64,000 bases of DNA from Laetmonice hystrix (Eukaryota), in contig OZ249436.1 of the NCBI GenBank assembly GCA_965235115.1, forward strand, positions 42,038,001-42,102,000, read 5' to 3'. A model generated the notes under the pieces. It saw only the letters and a list, made by a program, of their open reading frames with translations. It searched no databases and was not told the DNA's origin. Shown piece by piece: positions 13,486 through 32,369 of this stretch; position 1 is the stretch's first letter, and each line of letters begins with the position of its first letter. A program made the position numbers and the translations under genes.

Positions 13486-16400
13486 AGGCTATGGTTATAA
13501 TTCATATGCCACGAGAACACAAAGTAAAGGAAGTGTTTTTTACGTATATTTGGAAAATTCTGTTTATTCGCAGAAAAGGTAGGCATCCCTCTCTGGCCTG
13601 GAATCGTGGCGCTCTCCGAGACTACTCGATAATTAAAGAGAATGATGATCAAGTCTTGCGTTCGGTGAAGATCCAGATCCCTCCCCCCTCAACCCCTCCC
13701 CCCTCACACCTACCTGCATGGACACATGTAGGGCATGCAATCATGTAAACCCAGCTATAGGTCGTAGATCTAATCCCTGCATGTGCTGCACGCGTTATGA
13801 GACAGATTTTCACTTTGTAATATGACCGGCTTGTGTATGGCCTACCTACCCCCCCCCCCCCCCCCCCCTCCACAGTACCGTCACAACGACCTCGGGTTCG
13901 ACATTTCATGTCCCTGTTCATCAGAAAAACATGGCAAATTAACGAAAGCTGTTAAAGGCAGTAGTTATACTAAATATGGGGGTTTCTGGAACGGATGGGC
14001 ACACTTATACAAATACTGTCTGGTTATAGAATGGGGTCACCTGACATGCACCAGGTATACATTTATATGTCATGCTACACCTTGAGTAAATACAAAAGTC
14101 GCATACTGGATTCGGCCACAGATGGGGGATGGAATAAACAAATACAATGTTACTATTACGGCAAACAGTTAGACATACATGTATACATGTATAGGCAGAC
14201 ATGCAAACGTATGCATCTGTGTCTTATCGTGCATACGATATAAGGCATAAGGTCAGGAATGCACATAATGAGTGAAAGTAAAGAAAAGTGAATATCCAAG
14301 TTGCCCAAAAATGGCAATTGAAACATTAAAGGAAGGCGGAGTATTCAGATTAAAAACATCTGTACGTGCACTACATTCCGTACTAAAGTATTTTTCGACT
14401 TAAAAATAGCAGAAAATAGTTTATATCACAGACTATAATGAAGATCGGTCAAAGGCAAATATCGCAACGGCTGAAGTCTTTTCAACCCCCTCTAAAAGAG
14501 GCAGCCTGGACGAGTAACCAATATAGACCCTCCAATACATTTGGATTTAACAGATACGTCAGTCTGTAGACTGCGAAATCTGACCTGTGTAGAATGACCG
14601 TCCATCAACGCAGCTAACTGGAGCGGTGACCAGCAGAAATATGTGAAATAATTTCATAATTTGAATGATGGCGTTGTACCTGACTGACCAAGGCGTTTGG
14701 TTAATGAGTCGGTAGCGAATGTTGTGGTTTTGGCCAACTCTCAGTGCATGCATGCATGTTGCCGTTCCTGGCATTTCCTGGTAACATTAACCACAGCGAC
14801 GCGTTCTCTCCGCCTCTCCGTCTCTCAATCATGCATGGTAATGACAACAAGGTACCCGCAGACTACGAATAACCTGTAATCTTTACCTGTATCGATCTGC
14901 CAGGCTGGCGCTGTGCAAGCTCAGGGGGCCATGTCGGCGGTGGGTAGACCGTGATCAGGGGGAGGGACCGTGCCGAGCCCCGGATCGTACTCAGAACATA
15001 TAGGAACATTGCGAGCTACACGTTTACCGCGGGCCCACCGCAATGTTCCCCTCGAGTGCTGAGGACATTGAACTAAAAACGATCGACAGAATTGACCCGT
15101 TCGCAAGTGAGCCTTTAATCGTGAAATTAGATGACCGAACGAGGGCAGTTTTGTAATTGCTTTTCCTTCGGATAGTAGCAAAGCGCCTATGTTTTTGTTC
15201 GAAAGGTTCCCCGAAGATGTTATTGATTGGTTTGCCGATAGCAATCTGATTGATTGGATTATCACCGATATGGCGTCCTGCACTAAGTCCCTACTTACCA
15301 ACACATACAATTGCAATAATTAACGTTCACACGATTTCTATCGATTATCTCAGGCTAGTAATCCACGGACATTACGGAATATAACCCCTAATTATTTAGA
15401 GAGATTTGAAAATTGCGAAAGTCGTTATTTAAAAGCTGATTATTTCGCAGCGTCAGCAAGAAAAGTCTACACGTGCCTTCTTTCTACCTGATCTCACATT
15501 TCGACAGTTTTCCTTTTGTGTCACTACCGGAACTCGCCATAAAACCTCAAGCAACACAAATGTCAAGTTTTTAATTACCATCTTTAAATCTCGAATAGCC
15601 ACATAAGCAGAATTCATTTCCTACCGTCTCTTAATTAACAACACATTTAATCACGTACCTTCTAAAGTGCAGTTACTATCGGTATTAGGAGTTCATCAGT
15701 CTCACTGAAATTCGGTATCGACAACTCCCGTGTATATAGATCTATCCCTATAGAGCAAGCGTCTTATTTCAATAGCTTCTCCTATTTTTATTGCCAATGC
15801 GCGATGTACATATGCATGCACGTAAATGATTGGAAACATGAAGTACAAGGTCCTGATGGGCCTATACATGCAGCTAAAGGTATTATAATAATATGGTATA
15901 GATCTATGTCAAGCGCCAGTGTATATTGCATGACGGCGCGAGATCGAGACTGTGGTAATACACTGCACTACTCGAATCAAAATGTGTCGAGATTTGGACA
16001 GGGTCACTATGGGAATGCATTATGCTTCAATAATATCAGTATTATTGTATCGGTCGTCCTACCATGCGTCATCTAAAAGGTTATATTTAATTGATCCAAG
16101 TTGCTTAAATGACGGGGATGCAAGCAGGTATAGGCCTAACACATCCCGACATTGGTCTGGCCCGGCCTTGACCCCACTTCCCACAAACCAGCCTACGAGT
16201 ACACATTGGGCAAGTTCGTCACGTCAAGCCTGCGTACATGCCACAACGGTGCATGCGGAACAAAACAAGTTCATGTATGCAGAGATCTTGACATTCATCT
16301 TGACATTCATCTCTGATGATATAGCAGGGATAGGGTCGCCATGCCTATACATGGGGGTTGCCCCCTTTCCCTCGGTATCTATACGACTATGTGATTGCAT

Positions 16401-18983
16401 TATGTAATTTTTTATCCTAATTAAATCAGTGCATCAATTAATATGGGCGCATGGCTCTTTGAAACAACGGATAATCATTTAGATACCCTTCCTTTCATAA
16501 TGTATGTGTAACAGACAATTTATTATTCAACTACACTGTCTTTTTATCAAAGTCATCTTTACCCCTTGTCAGGGACGAAGGGATGGACTTGTCGCTCTGA
16601 ATAGCTTATCAACTATACATAAGACCAGCGTCAGCAAGAAATCTAAATATATATCCTACATCCTTGTCTATGCAGACCTACTTTAGATCGGGTTCAAACC
16701 TTCTGTGCTGTAGTCTTGAGTACACCTCAAGAGCCATACTTGGGGGGGGGGATGTTAGATGTAGCCTACACTCGGGGATGTAATGTAGCCTCCATATCAG
16801 TAAGATCACTTCTAATGTCAACATACACAAACCATTCATGTTTGTAGTCACGGTCGATTTTTACCGATTCCGTGTTCGGGGGGGGGGGCGTTAAAGGTGA
16901 CCCACTCATGGTTTGTGACACGTATATATGACTATGTGCAGGGGCCGGTTGACGTACGAGGCCGAGAATTGACTATCGATGTGTACGACTCGATTAAAAA
17001 TGTACGCGTAGATTATACTTGTACGAGAAAGAGTTCAATGACATGACATGTTAAATATACAATTGTAGCCCGGCTCTTCCCGTGAACGGTATACACTGAC
17101 CAGTGACATACTTCTATTCAACTTCCATGTATTAGACAAGTTAAGTATAATAGGCCTTCATAATGAATAGTTGAGCGCGACATCCTGTCACTATATTATG
17201 CAGTATTCATACGGGCAACAAGGCGATTTTGCGCTGTCATTTGCATACACAGACTCATACCGGTCATGCTTGAATACATCATTATAATATAAGGTTAATT
17301 AGTCTATAGAATGTAGGCCTACTATAACAATTTGTTTCATAAAAGATTTCCAATATAGCTATTTAAACAAAAAAGGCTGTATACCAGGTTCTAAATGCAC
17401 TTCGTACTTACCTCAGTTCTGACAGCAACTTTCAAATGTCACGATTTCACCTTTCACTCTGCAAGTCCGAGTTACCGGAACTCACCTTCCAAAATGTGAT
17501 GTCGGCATTCGTCAATCGTATATTATCCATAAATGGTATACCCTCAACATGAGAGGTGACAGTCACTATATATAGGGTATAGCACGCATTAGAAAGTCAT
17601 CTCGCCAATGTACATCGTTGTGTGATGACTAAACTACATGCCCCAGCGCGCATATCGGCGACTACACTCAGCCTACAATTGACGTATTGTGCATGTATAC
17701 TGCCCCGGCTGTCCCCTAAGCATGATATAGTCCCACTCCCATTCAAATGCACGAACCGCTCATAGCGCGGCATAGGTGTGCTGGGCCCAAAAATATTCAA
17801 CTATCCTGATAACTGCGCTTTAGAGACAATTATTTGTGACCAGTAAGCAGCCCGGGGTTTTCATGGGGGGCGGGGTATCGGACCTCAGGAGAGAATACAC
17901 ACATGTAATTATTTGTTCAGGCACCCAGACTGCCAAATTGTGTTTGTTGAACGCATTCAAGGGAACGACAGTGACAAATGTTTCTGAAAGTCACGAAGTA
18001 CAGTTAACCCGCTCCACCAACTTCACAGTGAAAAAATCCCACACACAATAGAATTTGCTTTGGAATAAAAAGGAAACTTTTAAAATAACAAAAAATACAC
18101 AAGAAATCACACAATGAGAGAGAATGATTCTTGGCACACCCCTTCGACACTACGTAGAGGACGAAAAGTTCATTTTTTTCGTAAACCTTAAAAAAGTGAA
18201 AAAGGTTTCATTTTGCCGAGTCTTCACAGTAATTAACTTTTAATTTTGAAAAATAAAGTTTGCCAAGTTTAGAGAAACTGATTTTTTGTACAACTTTCCA
18301 GAAAATTGGTCCGATTCGCCCTACACTCCTTATGGACCGGGTTTTACAGTGTGTCAACCAGTTTTAAAGAAACCGTCTGCACGTCGGGCATCCAACGTTA
18401 CGAGTTCCAGGATAAAGCAATTCCCTGTTGTGAGCACAAGATTCGTTCCACTTCTCATATTGCCGCGATCTTTTCTTTTCCAATGTACGGAATGCAAAGA
18501 TCTCCTTTCACCTTGATTCGACACTTGAAATGGGGTGCATTATGCCAACTCAAAACATGTAAACCCACTGACGTTAAAATCTATTGCATAATGATTTTAT
18601 TACACACTCATCAAGTCATTTTAAGGAACTTTGTTAGCGTCAGTCTAGTTAAGAGTATATCATTTACATAATTAAGTCTCATTTCTTTTTGTCGAAGTCA
18701 ATTAGAAAATAATACATACTGCTTTACTCTATTTGCATTGTTTATTGAGTATCGACCGTGGCTATTTCCATTCACTTCATTCATAAGATCGCACATCTTG
18801 CCTACTACCAGTTGGGTGCCGTGTTTAGTGACATCAGAGAACATCAAATAGATATCTTTAATATTTGACGTTCTTTGCTGATATCCTCCCACGAACAAGT
18901 GTCAATGAGGGAAATCTTCCAGGGGACATTTTGGCACGCATGAAAAACATTCTTATTGTCACCCTGGCTGAGCACAACCTTAA

Positions 18984-19089
18984 AAGTATCTCATAATTCT
19001 AGCAGCTGCTCGAGTAGCTTGACAACATTACGGATTAAGTATATCATAATTCTAGCAGCTGCTCGAGTAGCTTAACAACATTACGGATT
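18984..19089. repeat. 53-bp tandem duplication spanning the IPMK-B stop codon
   Basis: 18984-19036 and 19037-19089 differ at 2 positions. Confidence 0.9.
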
Positions 19090-22000
19090 CCCCACAAATA
19101 GTTTTCATCCGTCTGACCCATTTCAAACACGTGTGCGAAGTCAATCATTTTCACCTTGACCCGAGGAGGGTCGGTAGGTCTGTCTCTGTTGTCCTTCAAT
19201 ACCCGAGGAGGGTCGGTAGGTCTGTCTCTGTCGTCCTTCAATACCCGAGGAGGGTCGGTAGGTCTGTCTCTGTCGTCCTTCAATACCCGAGGAGGGTCGG
19301 TAGGTCTGTCTCTGTCGTCCTTCAATACCCGAGGAGGGTCGGTAGGTCTGTCTCTGTTGTCCTTCAATACCCGAGGAGGGTCGGTAGGTCTGTCTCTGTC
19401 GTCCTTCAATACCCGAGGAGGGTCGGTAGGTCTGTCTCTGTCGTCCTTCAATACCCGAGGAGGGTCGGTAGGTCTGTCTCTGTTGTCCTTCAATACCCGA
19501 GGAGGGTCGGTAGGTCTGTCTCTGTCGTCCTTCAATACCCGAGGAGGGTCGGTAGGTCTGTCTCTGTCGTCCTTCAATACCCGAGGAGGGTCGGCAGGTC
19601 TGTCTCTGTCGTCCTTCAATACCCGAGGAGGGTCGGCAGGTCTGTCTCTGTCGTCCTTCAATACCCGAGGAGGGTCGGCAGGTCTGTCTCTGTCGTCCTT
19701 CAATACCCGAGGAGGGTCGGCAGGTCTGTCTCTGTCGTCCTTCAATACCCGAGGAGGGTCGGCAGGTCTGTCTCTGTCGTCCTTCAATACCCGAGGAGGG
19801 TCGGTAGGTCTGTCTCTGTCGTCCTTCAATACCCGAGGAGGGTCGGCAGGTCTGTCTCTGTCGTCCTTCAATACCCGAGGAGGGTCGGCAGGTCTGTCTC
19901 TGTCGTCCTTCAATACCCGAGGAGGGTCGGCAGGTCTGTCTCTGTCGTCCTTCAATACCCGAGGAGGGTCGGCAGGTCTGTCTCTGTCGTCCTTCAATAC
20001 CCGAGGAGGGTCGGTAGGTCTGTCTCTGTCGTCCTTCAATACCCGAGGAGGGTCGGCAGGTCTGTCTCTGTCGTCCTTCAATACCCGAGGAGGGTCGGTA
20101 GGTCTGTCTCTGTCGTCCTTCAATACCCGAGGAGGGTCGGCAGGTCTGTCTCTGTCGTCCTTCAAGACCCGAGGAGGGTCGGCAGGTCTGTCTCTGTCGT
20201 CCTTCAATACCCGAGGAGGGTCGGCAGGTCTGTCTCTGTCGTCCTTCAATACCCGAGGAGGGTCGGCAGGTCTGTCTCTGTCGTCCTTCAATACCCGAGG
20301 AGGGTCGGCAGGTCTGTCTCTGTCGTCCTTCAATGAACCCGGTGAACCACTACAGTCAGCTGAACAGCTGGACTGACTCCCACAGATACTAATATTCACA
20401 GGTTGGTGGCCTACATGCACATCGCTGTCAGGGTTCCCATGCATGGAGTTTGTCTTGGGATCGTACTTGGCACTTTCGCCAAGAAAACACTGTTTACAGT
20501 GCTTGCCATTGGCAGTAGTTACAGAATGTTGTTGTTGTTGTTGTTGTTGTTGGTTTTGGTGTTGCTGTTGTTGAATTGGGTTGACGTGTTGACCTTCGTA
20601 GACAAACAACAAAGAGCTGGCAAAGAAATTATAGACTTTCTGGCGTTCAAACCAAGCCAGAATAACGCGCACCTCGCCCAGACAGGCAGCCACGACATCC
20701 TTGCGAAGCCCGCCCTTGTCACTGAAGAATACAGCAAACCCTGTTGGGAAGAATGAAAACACAGAGCTACAGAAAGCATGAGAAGAAGCAGCAAGATATA
20801 CCCGATGTGGTAGTCCAAAAGGTGAGAGTGAGAGCCTGGTGGTCTTAGTTAATGTAAGAAAATAAAAGTTCTTATCCGACAACAGGGGCCAAACAAAACG
20901 TGGAATACGGCACATACATAGATGTAAATCTACTTTATGTCTATGATGTCAAAACGAGAACACATGCGGAACATCGAAACATACATATACACTGTATTAT
21001 AATAAATTATTTCATTGTGTTTCTCATGATGAAGACGATAGGATAGAGAAGGCCTACAAAGTACCCTCTCTACATACACTGGTCAGTAAGCTGATTACAC
21101 GTACAACATCCATGCCTGAAGCAGGACTATCCACCTGGTTTCGGGTGACCGCATTGAGCTGTTAAAATGCAGTGAAATCAAAAGGGATATGGGATATACT
21201 TATATCCATAAGAACAAATTTTATTACACACACACACATATATGATATCATTTCATTTCTAAGAGAATTTTGTACCTTTCTGAAGAATTTCTGTTTCATC
21301 ATATTGACGCAGTTGTTCCTTGGAATACGTTGTAAAAGTGTTTTCTTCTTGGTTGTAAACCTAAGGAAAAAAGTGCAATTAAGTCTCTGAAGATATATCC
21401 TTTAATGAGCAATTAAATTTAATTTTGTCCTTTTTACTCTATCCTATGTACAGTAAAACTCTTCACTCTTTATAACCAATTGTAGTTTCAGAATTCTCAC
21501 CCTCATGCCCCTGAACTGGAATCCAAGTAGTTTCTGAGGAGGATATTTGGCTTCCTCTTTCGCCCTTTTCCCTGGAGATGCATGAGGATCATAACTTATG
21601 CGCCCCATTTTTATATCCGCCACACATGGCTGACTGAAACCATGGGCAAGATCTTCCAAGTGGAGGTAGCTCACTGTAGAAATAATGAAAACTGTTGTAT
21701 CCATTTTAAGAACGAAGTCTCAAAGATATCCGTCTTTACTGAGAGGTATATTAATTTATTTACTCACATGTTTCATGTTAGTATTTTTTTTAAATGATAT
21801 GCTAATTATATAATACAAAAAAGGACTGACGTGTACATCCTGTCACAACATGCAATTAGTTGATAACATGTACATGTACTATGAATAGCTAAGATGAACA
21901 GAAAGGCAACCTAAGTTTTCTTTTACACTTTAGACTTCACCCTAATGTCATGCAATGGAAAACATCAAATACATGTACTACAACTGGTTAAATCCATTTC

Positions 22001-22693
22001 TTCATAAAATACAAAACATGATGCAACTCTTCCATTGTAAAACATGCATTGCATTTTAATTTTTGTATCTTACCGTCTGACTGGTTAGGGGAGACAAAAG
22101 TCCCCAGGAACCGTGGCACCAGAGTTTGCATCTGTAGCAGTGTGCAGTCACTGCAAGAAGGGTCAAAAATGCGACGATACAGGTCCAACTCACAGCGTCC
22201 ACGTCCTCCAGCCTGCAAGGGCTTGAAAATGGTGCCATCCCCACAATCAAGAAATCCTGTAAATACATTTGGACTCAGCCATCAATGTAGGATGTGACTA
22301 CTGGTTAAATAAAGTAAAAAGGCATCTCAGATCGTGGGAAGCAAAGTTAAATAATATTACATTTAGTGTCCATGTACTTGTGTAACCAGGGTTTCTATAT
22401 GCCCACCGTTGATGTGCCACAGGAGGCTGAACGAAGAATCTAAGTGCACCCCATCCAGGAGAACAAGTGCAGCATCATTGAGAAAAAAAAGGTGCCCAAG
22501 ATTCAAGATTCCGTACATATTATACAAATGTATAAGACAAGGCTCGGCCTTATTCAAACAATGCCTTACCTAACTTGGTTTTTCCTTTGCCATAAACGTG
22601 TCCCGCCACCTGGTGTTCTAAAGGTCGGGTGTGGGAAGGCAAGGGGGGCAAATCATCACCACCAGGTGGTGCCACTGCAGGGAGCCCATCCAT
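19044..22693 (-). CDS. IPMK: Inositol polyphosphate multikinase-like, paralogue B (5 coding exons, ~753 aa including repeat insert)
   Basis: Exons 22693-22570 (MDGLP...HQVAGHVYGKGKTKL), 22256-22074, 21673-21501, 21360-21276, 20740-19044, in phase, GT-AG (2262 nt). Motifs PCVADIKMG, FASSLLFVYEG, KMIDFAHV. Exons 3 and 4 have the same sizes (173, 85 nt) as in paralogue A. Confidence 0.93.
19158..20333 (-). repeat. 42-bp coding minisatellite, 28 copies of LKD(D/N)RDRP(A/T)DPPRV, in IPMK-B exon 5
   Basis: Counted in the translated ORF; in frame, no indels. Confidence 0.97.
20527..20573 (-). repeat. CAA-rich polyglutamine tract in IPMK-B
   Basis: (TTG)n on the + strand; encodes QQQQHQNQQQQQQQQH. 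Confidence 0.9.
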
Positions 22694-23387
22694 CTCAATA
22701 ATCTTATCATGAGGCCAGAAATCTGCTCAACCACAGACGGCTAGAGCTCTGCATACATGGACGACTGAAAAAACAAAAGCAAAAACACAAAAACTTGAAC
22801 ATATAGTATAATGCTTGCATATTGTGAGCACTAAATATATGTTAAATATGATACAATATCATCGGCCAATGAACTGATGAATTTCATTGGCTGTTCAAGT
22901 CAATTCCAGGTCAACAACCAGCCATGAGTCGTTTGCTTCATGACAACAACAGGCAACTGGAATGTTGAATTTTATTAGATTTCTCCATTTCTGTGGGGAT
23001 ACATTTATTGATTTATGTATTCTATAAGGCCATATCCAATCTAACAACCCATGTCTCCATTTTGGAGTATGTAATTGAAATGAGACATACTCAGTGTTTG
23101 GGGCCCTTAAGCCACGCCCCCCCTCCCCCCTCAGCCACGCCCCCTCCCTGGAGGGGGGCGTGGGCTTGGCCTCCCTCCCTCCAGTGCCTTTGGCGTTCAT
23201 ATGGTACATATGATATTGGGCAGGGGGGGGGGGCGGTTCACTCTTTATAACCACTTGTGACTTGTCTTGGCCTTGGGTACATGTTAGTTATCAACATGAG
23301 CTCACACATTCTTGATCCGCCATCCCGGCCTGCATCCTCCAACGCAGCCAACGCAATTATGGTCCAACACAACAGGGTTAGCACTTA

Positions 23388-24475
23388 CAGTCTGTTCGCT
23401 CTAAGAAGAGCACGAGCATATTCATGACCCTCCCGCCCCACTCCTCCAGCGTGTCCAATAACAGGCCGCGGGCCGTAACGGCTGCCCGCGGGAGGATGTA
23501 AACCTGGGGTGAGCACTCCATTTGGGGTAATACAGAACCACATAGGGCTGGACAGTCTCGTGTCCTGGATATGCAAATGACGTAAAATAACCTCAAACCA
23601 CTTGCGCTTTGGGGACAAACAATGTGACGTCACAAATTGCCCATAGGTTTAACATAGGCTCAGTAACAACAATTTCTAAAATCAGGCTGTGTGTAAAAAT
23701 TGTAACTTCTTACATGTAAAATGTACCTTTTCATTCAGTAAACTTGTTAATTAATCATATTTGTAAAGCTCAAGACTCAAAGTGCTCTCATTGGGGAGCA
23801 AAAACATTTTGAAGTTGACAGTCGCTGGTCCCTATGGGCGTAGCAATGCTAAACTGACGAGACTATCCTCTGTTTGTCCCCATTCTCGCTCTTTCTCGCA
23901 TGTTTGCCTATCTAGGACACGAGAACTGGCCAGCCCTATGGAGTTTGGTGCCATTCTTGAGTGATAGGCGGTGACGACTTGTGATAGGGCTGGCCAGTTC
24001 TCGTGTCCTAGATAGGCAAACATGCGAGAAAGAGCGAGAATGGGGATAAACAGAGGATAGTCTCGTCAGCTTAGCATTGCTACGCCCATAGGGACCAGCG
24101 ACTGTCAACTTCAAAATATTTTTGCTCCCCAATGAGAGCACTTTGAGTCTTGAGCTTTACAAATATGATTAACTAACAAGTTTACTGAATGAAAAGGTAC
24201 ATTTTACATGTAAGAAGTTAAAATTTGTACACCACAGCCTGATTTTAGAAATTGTTGTTACTGAGCCTATGTTAAACCAATGGGCGATTTGTGACGTCAC
24301 ATTGTTTGTCCCCAAAGCGCAAGTGGTTTGAGGCTATTTTACGTCATTTGCATATCCAGGACACGAGACTGTCCAGCCCTATACGTCAGCTGTGCCTGTG
24401 GGTAGACGGGAGGAGGGGGCAGGTCACAGCTTATAATGAGGCCGAGGTCAAGCTCTTCTTAGAGCGAACAGACTG
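23388..24475. mobile_element. TA-flanked element with perfect 24-bp TIRs containing two inverted inner MITE copies
   Basis: TA|CAGTCTGTTCGCTCTAAGAAGAGC (23388-23411) and its exact reverse complement (24452-24475)|TA. Confidence 0.8.
23543..24381. repeat. Long inverted repeat: two ~396-bp MITE copies (23543-23938, 23985-24381) with a 46-bp spacer
   Basis: Arms are near-identical reverse complements; each arm has its own TIRs TAGGGCTGG(A/C)CAG..CTCGTGTCCT. Confidence 0.92.
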
Positions 24476-24864
24476 TAGGACATTGATGGGGGGGGGGGGG
24501 AGGGGGGGAGGGGGGGGGGTCAGCCTGGGAAAGCAGTCAGACAACGGGGCTGGTGTGGCGTACCCTCCGCCGTACTGTACATTCCGCTCAGGCGACTTCC
24601 CGGCTTGGAGCTGTCACTGACCGGGACTTGCACGCGCCGATAGCCGCGAGAGTGCAGTTGGGCAGCCGGTCTCTGTCCGTGACTTGTCGCGCGCCGAGCA
24701 ATCGTACTTTAAGGCCTAAACGATTGTGTACCAATTTAAATTGTTATTTTATAAAACCCAACCTTAGGCCTTATGATCATGATGGGCTTTAGTATAGCTG
24801 CGCTTGTGAAACTTAATTGTTTATGTACCCGGTAATGTAGGCCTAATGAGCTCTGTCTGCCTAC

Positions 24865-25372
24865 CTTCAATCCCCGACCTTCTCCGTGGACTCGCGTAAA
24901 CAGTTTTACACTGCAGGTTCGCTATAAATATATGCAGTTTATTCGGGTTGCATGCCGTAACATGTTTGCCGATCCTTCATGACCTCCATTTTGGTCTTAC
25001 GTTATATCTTATCAGAACACATCAAATATTGCTTTCAACTAAGGCATGTAAGATGTAGACTCTAAAGCCAGTTTGGTAGGACTAAAACTGAATAGAAACT
25101 ACTTTGAGCTGTAGTAATTCATACTTAAAGTTTTAGTAAAACACATCCTGCAGATACACTATTGCTACTCTTCTGTGAAAAGGATACGAAAGCACCAACG
25201 AGGGATTCCCTCGGGTATATGACGTCACTTTCGAAGACCTGGCCGAAGGGGTTTCCCGATTGGAAGGCAAACTCGGACTCTGGCACTTTGGACTCCAAAC
25301 CCGGTGACATTGAGAGTCTCACCACTTTTGTAATTGATATTTGATTTAAATTAAAGGTAGAATCGGGAAGAG
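24865..25372. promoter_or_regulatory. Putative shared divergent promoter region for IPMK-B (-) and CYP4 (+)
   Basis: Strong minus-strand acceptor at 22765-22766 upstream of the IPMK-B ATG implies a non-coding first exon; candidate donor AAG|GTAGGC at 24865; CRE palindrome TGACGTCA at 25220-25227. Confidence 0.4.
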
Positions 25373-30976
<5,604 letters not shown>

Positions 30977-32369
30977 TCTGGATGGTTGAGGTCACGAGCC
31001 CAATTCATGGTGACGAGAAGGATAATGAAAATGGTTTTTGATCTCAAAACTTTGAGACAACCATTACAGGTATGGTTTATGGAATAGCTGAAATGCAAGG
31101 CGCCCCCTGTGGGCTCCGGTTAAAACTGTTGACGTGCAGATCCCAGATCAATTCGACGAAACGAAAAAACCCTGGGAGGACCCATGGAGGTGAAGGAATC
31201 AACCCCCCCCCCCAACCCCCAACCCCCACCAACACCAACACCCCCCCCCCCCCCTCCTCCTTATTAAGTCATCCCATTACAGTTATATCACTTGTCACCT
31301 TGGTGGGCCCCTTTATATACGCTTTCCCGGTTGGACCCCCTTCATAATAGGATTTTACTGCTGGATCCTTGCTGTAGTCCGCCCTGATGAAATGTCATAC
31401 AAGTCGATGGTTTCAAACGTATTAATGGTAATTGTACGGATTGTTCAGTGGCTTAGGATTAAACGATATAGATATGGAATATATGCTGTCATGAATTGTC
31501 CAAGTATTACGTCATTAAATGGATTAGAAGACTGTTTACTGTCAGAGGATCACACATCGATCGTAAATGTGATTTTGCCAATACAGTGTAAATGTATAGG
31601 AAAAAATCTTGAGGTGCTTATCAAATATATTTTATATTTAGTAGAATTTACTGTTTACATTATTCAAAGAATATTATTATTCAAAGAATACGATTTTTGT
31701 GTGCAGGTGACCTGAGGTCTCCAAAATTGTTACGTTTTGTAATTCATGCTTTTGCTTGGTGTTCGTAATAAAGATTAGGCCTGTGGATACTGTGGTTTGT
31801 TATTTGTGTCACCACCACTTACACCGTTCCCCTGCCATGTCCCTGTGTTCGGGTGTGTAAACAGTAAATTATCCAGGCTAAGGGTCCTGGTCGACACGTC
31901 TGTGTATGGTACCCGAGGAATGTTACTCATGGCACCACTCATTTCACTAAGTGGAGATGTCCTCTGGTCATCATTATAGTGATACTTATAAAAATACTTA
32001 TAAAAGGAACAAAGTCTAGAAGCCTCTCCGTGACCCAGAGTGAGAACGGGAGTGACGCCAGTGTAGGAAAGTTTGTGTTCACTAGCAGTTTACTAATTGA
32101 CGCTACACTAGATCCGACAGCCGACACTTGAAAGATCAGGCGCCCACATATTATATTTGTGAACTCTGCATGACACTATGGGAAGTAGTCTTCTAGATCA
32201 ATTACCATTCAATCCGTGCACTCAAACGAGTTTTCCTAATGAGGTAGGTTGGTCATATTAACAAGATGACATCAAACTGCTTGAAGATGACATTTGTTGA
32301 TGCCGAGTTGTGTCTACATTTCAGCAGTCAAAGTGTTATTAGAAAATAACTGCAAGGAGCGCGTTTCCT

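Noticed and set aside
12163..13748. ORFs up to 397 aa (MSTRMVHPGGHVNQDG...)
   Set aside because: Artefact of the 31-bp minisatellite; the period is not a multiple of 3.
14880..17490. Isolated minus-strand donor-like sites that could be 5' non-coding exons of IPMK-A
   Set aside because: No coding or other independent support without transcript data.
4046..20333. CRISPR-like reading of the 46-, 31- and 42-bp arrays
   Set aside because: Units are head-to-tail with no unique spacers, there are no cas genes, and the context is spliced eukaryotic DNA.
19131..20376. Two ~400-aa plus-strand repetitive ORFs
   Set aside because: Antisense shadows of the 42-bp repeat; only the minus frame connects to kinase motifs on both sides.
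23378..24620. Paired ORFs with identical N-termini on opposite strands
   Set aside because: Consequence of the inverted repeat; no transposase or other domain.
32178..32243. Possible first coding exon MGSSLLDQLPFNPCTQTSFPNE for the coiled-coil gene
   Set aside because: Good donor, but the strongest acceptor (32324) leads to an in-frame TAG; it works only with a weak acceptor at 32342. Left out of the model.
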